Source of the DNA: an uncultured Solirubrobacterales bacterium
Lineage (GTDB): Bacteria; Actinomycetota; Thermoleophilia; Solirubrobacterales; Solirubrobacteraceae
DNA: 64,000 nt
NCBI GenBank assembly: GCA_963714635.1
Contig: CAVQPM010000005.1
Span: 200,852 to 264,851 of the forward strand
Reading direction: 5' to 3'
Part shown: positions 61,567-64,000 of the stretch, in pieces
Position numbering within the stretch: position 1 is the first letter of the stretch
Layout of the letters: each line of letters starts with the position of its first letter
Program-made: the position numbers and the translations under genes
The notes under the pieces: generated by a model
The model's input: the letters and a program-made list of their open reading frames with translations, nothing else
Database searches by the model: none
Told to the model about the DNA's origin: nothing

Positions 61567-61895
61567 GTCACCCCACCCTTCGTCTGCCCTTCGACCACAT
61601 GCGCCACGAAGACCGCCCACACTTGACCAAGAGCTTCGATCTGCTCTGGCGTCGCATCGAGATCACAACGGGCGCCCAGCGGGAGCACCGCTATGCGCAG
61701 TTGCTCGCCCAAGCGCACGACAAGAACGTCGACACTGGCCCCATCCAGTACTACCTGGACTTCTTCCGCTTCGGCGCTCCGCCGCACGGGGGCTTTGGCT
61801 TCGGCCTGACGCGTCTTCTGATGCGGATGCTTGGCCAAGACAACGTCCGCGAGGTCACGTTCCTGTATCGGGGGCCAAACCGCCCGAAGCCGTAG
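61567..61895 (+). pseudogene. orphan diverged copy of the aspS 3' end (last ~105 codons)
   Basis: Encodes ...HMRHEDRPHLTKSFDLLWRRIEITTGAQREHRYAQLLAQAHDKNV...GAPPHGGFGFGLTRLLMRMLGQDNVREVTFLYRGPNRPKP, colinear with aspS 59312-59647. No upstream catalytic core. Confidence 0.85.
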
Positions 61896-62104
61896 GGGCC
61901 TACCGGGACAGACCCTCGCCGGCGATCGCCGGCCGCGCCGCGCCGATCCGCGGCCGGGGTGGATTGTTTCCCGCGTGGTCCTCACCGGAGACGATCGAGG
62001 TCTCGCGCCCGCTTGGGGCTCCGCGTCGCCGGTGGCGCAACCCGCGGGCCGCGTCGATGGCCCTTTCTCGCGCTAAGAGGAGCTGAAGGCTCCGAGATTG
62101 CTCC

Positions 62105-62953
62105 CTACGCGGCAAGGGCCGTCTCCATGCAGTCCTCGCACTGCTCGAGTCCCTCCAGCTCGATTTCAAGCGGTGCGTGGTTGGATGGGCGACGACCTTG
62201 CCGGTAGGCGTGCTTCACCTCGCAGCGGGCTATGTGTTCGGCGAGGCGGCTGCTTGCCAGCGCGAGGTCGATGCGCAGACCGTAGTCGCGCGCATAGTGC
62301 CCATCGCGCTGGTCCCAGCACGTGTAGCCGCTGTCATCGGGGTGTAGATGGCGGTACACGTCGACCAGCTCGCCGTCGCTCAGGATCTTGCGCAGATCCT
62401 CGCGCTCGGCGGGTCTGGTCTGGTATGTGTCTTCGAGCCAGGTCGGCTCGTAGACGTCGCGGTCCGAGGGGGCCACATTGAAGTCTCCCGCGATCAGCAG
62501 CGGGTGATAGTGCTCGCGGCAGGCTTGATGTGCCACCGCCTCCAGGAACGCGAGCTTGCCCGAGTCGTCGATCTCTTCGCGCGTCGGCCCCGCGGGCACA
62601 TATACCGATCCGATCGTGAGGCCCTCACAGGTCGTCTCCAGCCAGCGCCCCTGGGCGAGGTCGTGGCAATTGTCGAGCGACATGCAGCGCCGGCTGACGC
62701 GATGGTCCGAGCGCACGAGAATCGCGACGCCGCCGTGATGGCGTCCGGGGCTGTGCTGCGCGCGGTAGCCGAGGTCTTCCAGGCGCTTGTGCGGGAAGTG
62801 GCGATAGGGGCAGCGCGTCTCCTGCAGACATACGAGATCGGGGCGCTCCCTGCGCAACATCTCTGCGATGCGCGGCATCCGTGCGCGAATGCCGTTGACG
62901 TTCCAGCTGATGACCCTGAGCCTGTTCGAGTTGTTCCTGGCGCTTGTCGTCAT
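62105..62953 (-). CDS. xthA: exodeoxyribonuclease III (AP endonuclease, EEP fold)
   Basis: LRVISWNVNGIRAR ... DLVCLQETR ... GDFNVAP ... SNHAPL. Start trimmed to ATG 62953. Confidence 0.9.
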   Translation of the reverse strand: MTTSARNNSNRLRVISWNVNGIRARMPRIAEMLRRERPDLVCLQETRCPYRHFPHKRLEDLGYRAQHSPGRHHGGVAILVRSDHRVSRRCMSLDNCHDLAQGRWLETTCEGLTIGSVYVPAGPTREEIDDSGKLAFLEAVAHQACREHYHPLLIAGDFNVAPSDRDVYEPTWLEDTYQTRPAEREDLRKILSDGELVDVYRHLHPDDSGYTCWDQRDGHYARDYGLRIDLALASSRLAEHIARCEVKHAYRQGRRPSNHAPLEIELEGLEQCEDCMETALAA

Positions 62954-63172
62954 CTTCTCCCGATCCCGTGTCCTGGAGGTGACCCTCCGTGGAAAACAGC
63001 CTCTACACAAATCCGGAAACTACGTCCTACACAACTTGGAGCTTAGGGGGGTCGGAGAGAAACGTCTAGGGGCCGGATGTCCAAATCGGCGGACGACCGC
63101 TTGGACATCGCGGAGCGACAGGCGCCGGCGCCGCTGTCGCGTACCGTCCGCAGCGGGCTCTACCTTGAGGCC

Positions 63173-64000
63173 ATGCTCGTGAACGGGCTCACAGACGGTG
63201 TGGAGATCGACCAGGTGCTTCTGGTTCGCGCGGCGGAGCGCAGGGCGCGCCGCGACGGCGGCGACTACCTGCGCCTGCAGCTCGGCGATCGCACCGGCGC
63301 GGTCGTCGCGATGGTGTGGGAGGACCTCGTTGAGATCGAGCGCCTGGCCCCGCCGGGTACCCCGGTGCATGTGAGTGGTCGCTATACGGTCCACCCTCGC
63401 TTTGGACCACAGATAAACCTTCGCTGTCTTTCCGAGGCTGCTCCTGGCAGCTTTGCGCTGGACGATCTGCTCGATGGTCCTCCCCGCGCGCCCGAGCAGA
63501 TGGAGGCCGATCTGCGCGAGCTGATCTCCACCGTCAGGGAGCCGCATCTAGCCGTTCTGCTGGAGCACGTGTTCGGCGAGCGCTCGGAGCTGTGGGCCGG
63601 CTACAGGGTCGCGCCGGCCGCCAAGTACTACCACCAGGCCTATCGCCATGGGCTGCTAGAGCACTGTCTGGGCGTCGCCCAGGGGGTGAGCGCCATATCC
63701 GCCACGTTCCCCGGCATCGACCGCGACGTGGCCGTGACGGGCGCGCTGCTGCACGACATAGGGAAGCTCGAGGCCTACACCGACGATCCCCAGAGCATCG
63801 ACATGACAGATCTCGGCAAGCTGCACGGCGAGATTCCGCTCGGTTACTACCGCATAAGGCGCGCGATCGAGGACATCGACGGCTTCCCGCAAGAGCTTGC
63901 TTGGGCTGTCCTGCACATCATCCTCTCCCATCACGGCTCGCTCGAGCACGGCAGTCCCGTCGTGCCGTGCACGCGGGAGGCGACGCTCGTACACATGATC
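63173..64000 (+). CDS. OB-fold plus HD-domain 3'-5' exoribonuclease, YhaM-like (partial, runs off window end)
   Basis: My own translation, not in the ORF track because it is open at the window edge: MLVNGLTDGVEIDQVLLVRAAERR...YLRLQLGDRTGAVVAMVWE (OB), then HQAYRHGLLEHCLGV ... GALLHDIGK ... LSHHG (HD). Confidence 0.78.
   Translation, partial: MLVNGLTDGVEIDQVLLVRAAERRARRDGGDYLRLQLGDRTGAVVAMVWEDLVEIERLAPPGTPVHVSGRYTVHPRFGPQINLRCLSEAAPGSFALDDLLDGPPRAPEQMEADLRELISTVREPHLAVLLEHVFGERSELWAGYRVAPAAKYYHQAYRHGLLEHCLGVAQGVSAISATFPGIDRDVAVTGALLHDIGKLEAYTDDPQSIDMTDLGKLHGEIPLGYYRIRRAIEDIDGFPQELAWAVLHIILSHHGSLEHGSPVVPCTREATLVHMI

Noticed and set aside
63076-63140. Inverted repeats in the xthA / yhaM-like divergent region: GATGTCCAA-16 nt-TTGGACATC, and GCGACAG-GCGCCGGCGCC-G-CTGTCGC.
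   Set aside because: They are short or imperfect and GC-driven. They could be operators or hairpins, but nothing distinguishes them from chance in this composition.

Overview
GC-rich (about 70% by eye) bacterial chromosome segment with Actinomycetota-like gene content. A Thermoleophilia/Rubrobacteria-type lineage is only my guess. About 65 genes are supportable.

Main theme, 8.1-39.4 kb: a heme 'supercluster'.
- Block 1 (minus strand): hemC-cobA/hemD, and hemE-(40-codon ORF)-hemH-hemY-ctaA. A divergent AhbD/NirJ-like radical SAM gene sits between them.
- Block 2 (minus strand): sirC-ccmA-ccmB-ccmC-ccmD-hemA.
- Wedged between the blocks (16.7-34.9 kb): an MFS gene, an intact IS982-family element, and what I consider the most interesting content. 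That content is a GAF histidine kinase plus NarL-type regulator, membrane-anchored TPR and NHL beta-propeller proteins, and two paralogous secreted hexaheme (doubled-CXXCH) cytochromes. A second operon follows with a CcmI/NrfG-like TPR protein, a System II cytochrome c maturation set (ccdA-resB-resC-resA), a membrane-anchored nine-heme NapC/NirT-family cytochrome, a full-length glutamyl-tRNA reductase paralog fused to an N-terminal MerR/excisionase-type HTH, and an Nramp transporter.
- I propose this as a candidate undescribed extracytoplasmic electron-transfer system with a possible heme-linked regulator. Function is inference only.

Other notable signals:
- Three abutting 24-bp perfect palindromes centred on CATG between ccmA and ccmB.
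- An orphan ccmABCD set (no ccmE/F/H in the window) alongside System II.
- A repeat-containing 40-codon ORF joined by ATGA overlaps to hemE and hemH.
- An AT-rich palindrome island upstream of birA.
- A solo IS982 end.
- A diverged duplicate of the aspS 3' end bracketing an nhaA-dsbA fusion gene.
- A tRNA-Phe-adjacent islet holding a mazEF-type toxin-antitoxin pair and a lysyl-oxidase-like secreted protein.

The rest is housekeeping: dtd, galT, birA, a peptide ABC transporter, an ftsH-like gene, ychF, aspS, xth, P450 and others. All calls rest on reading the translated ORFs and recalling family motifs. No searches were run.
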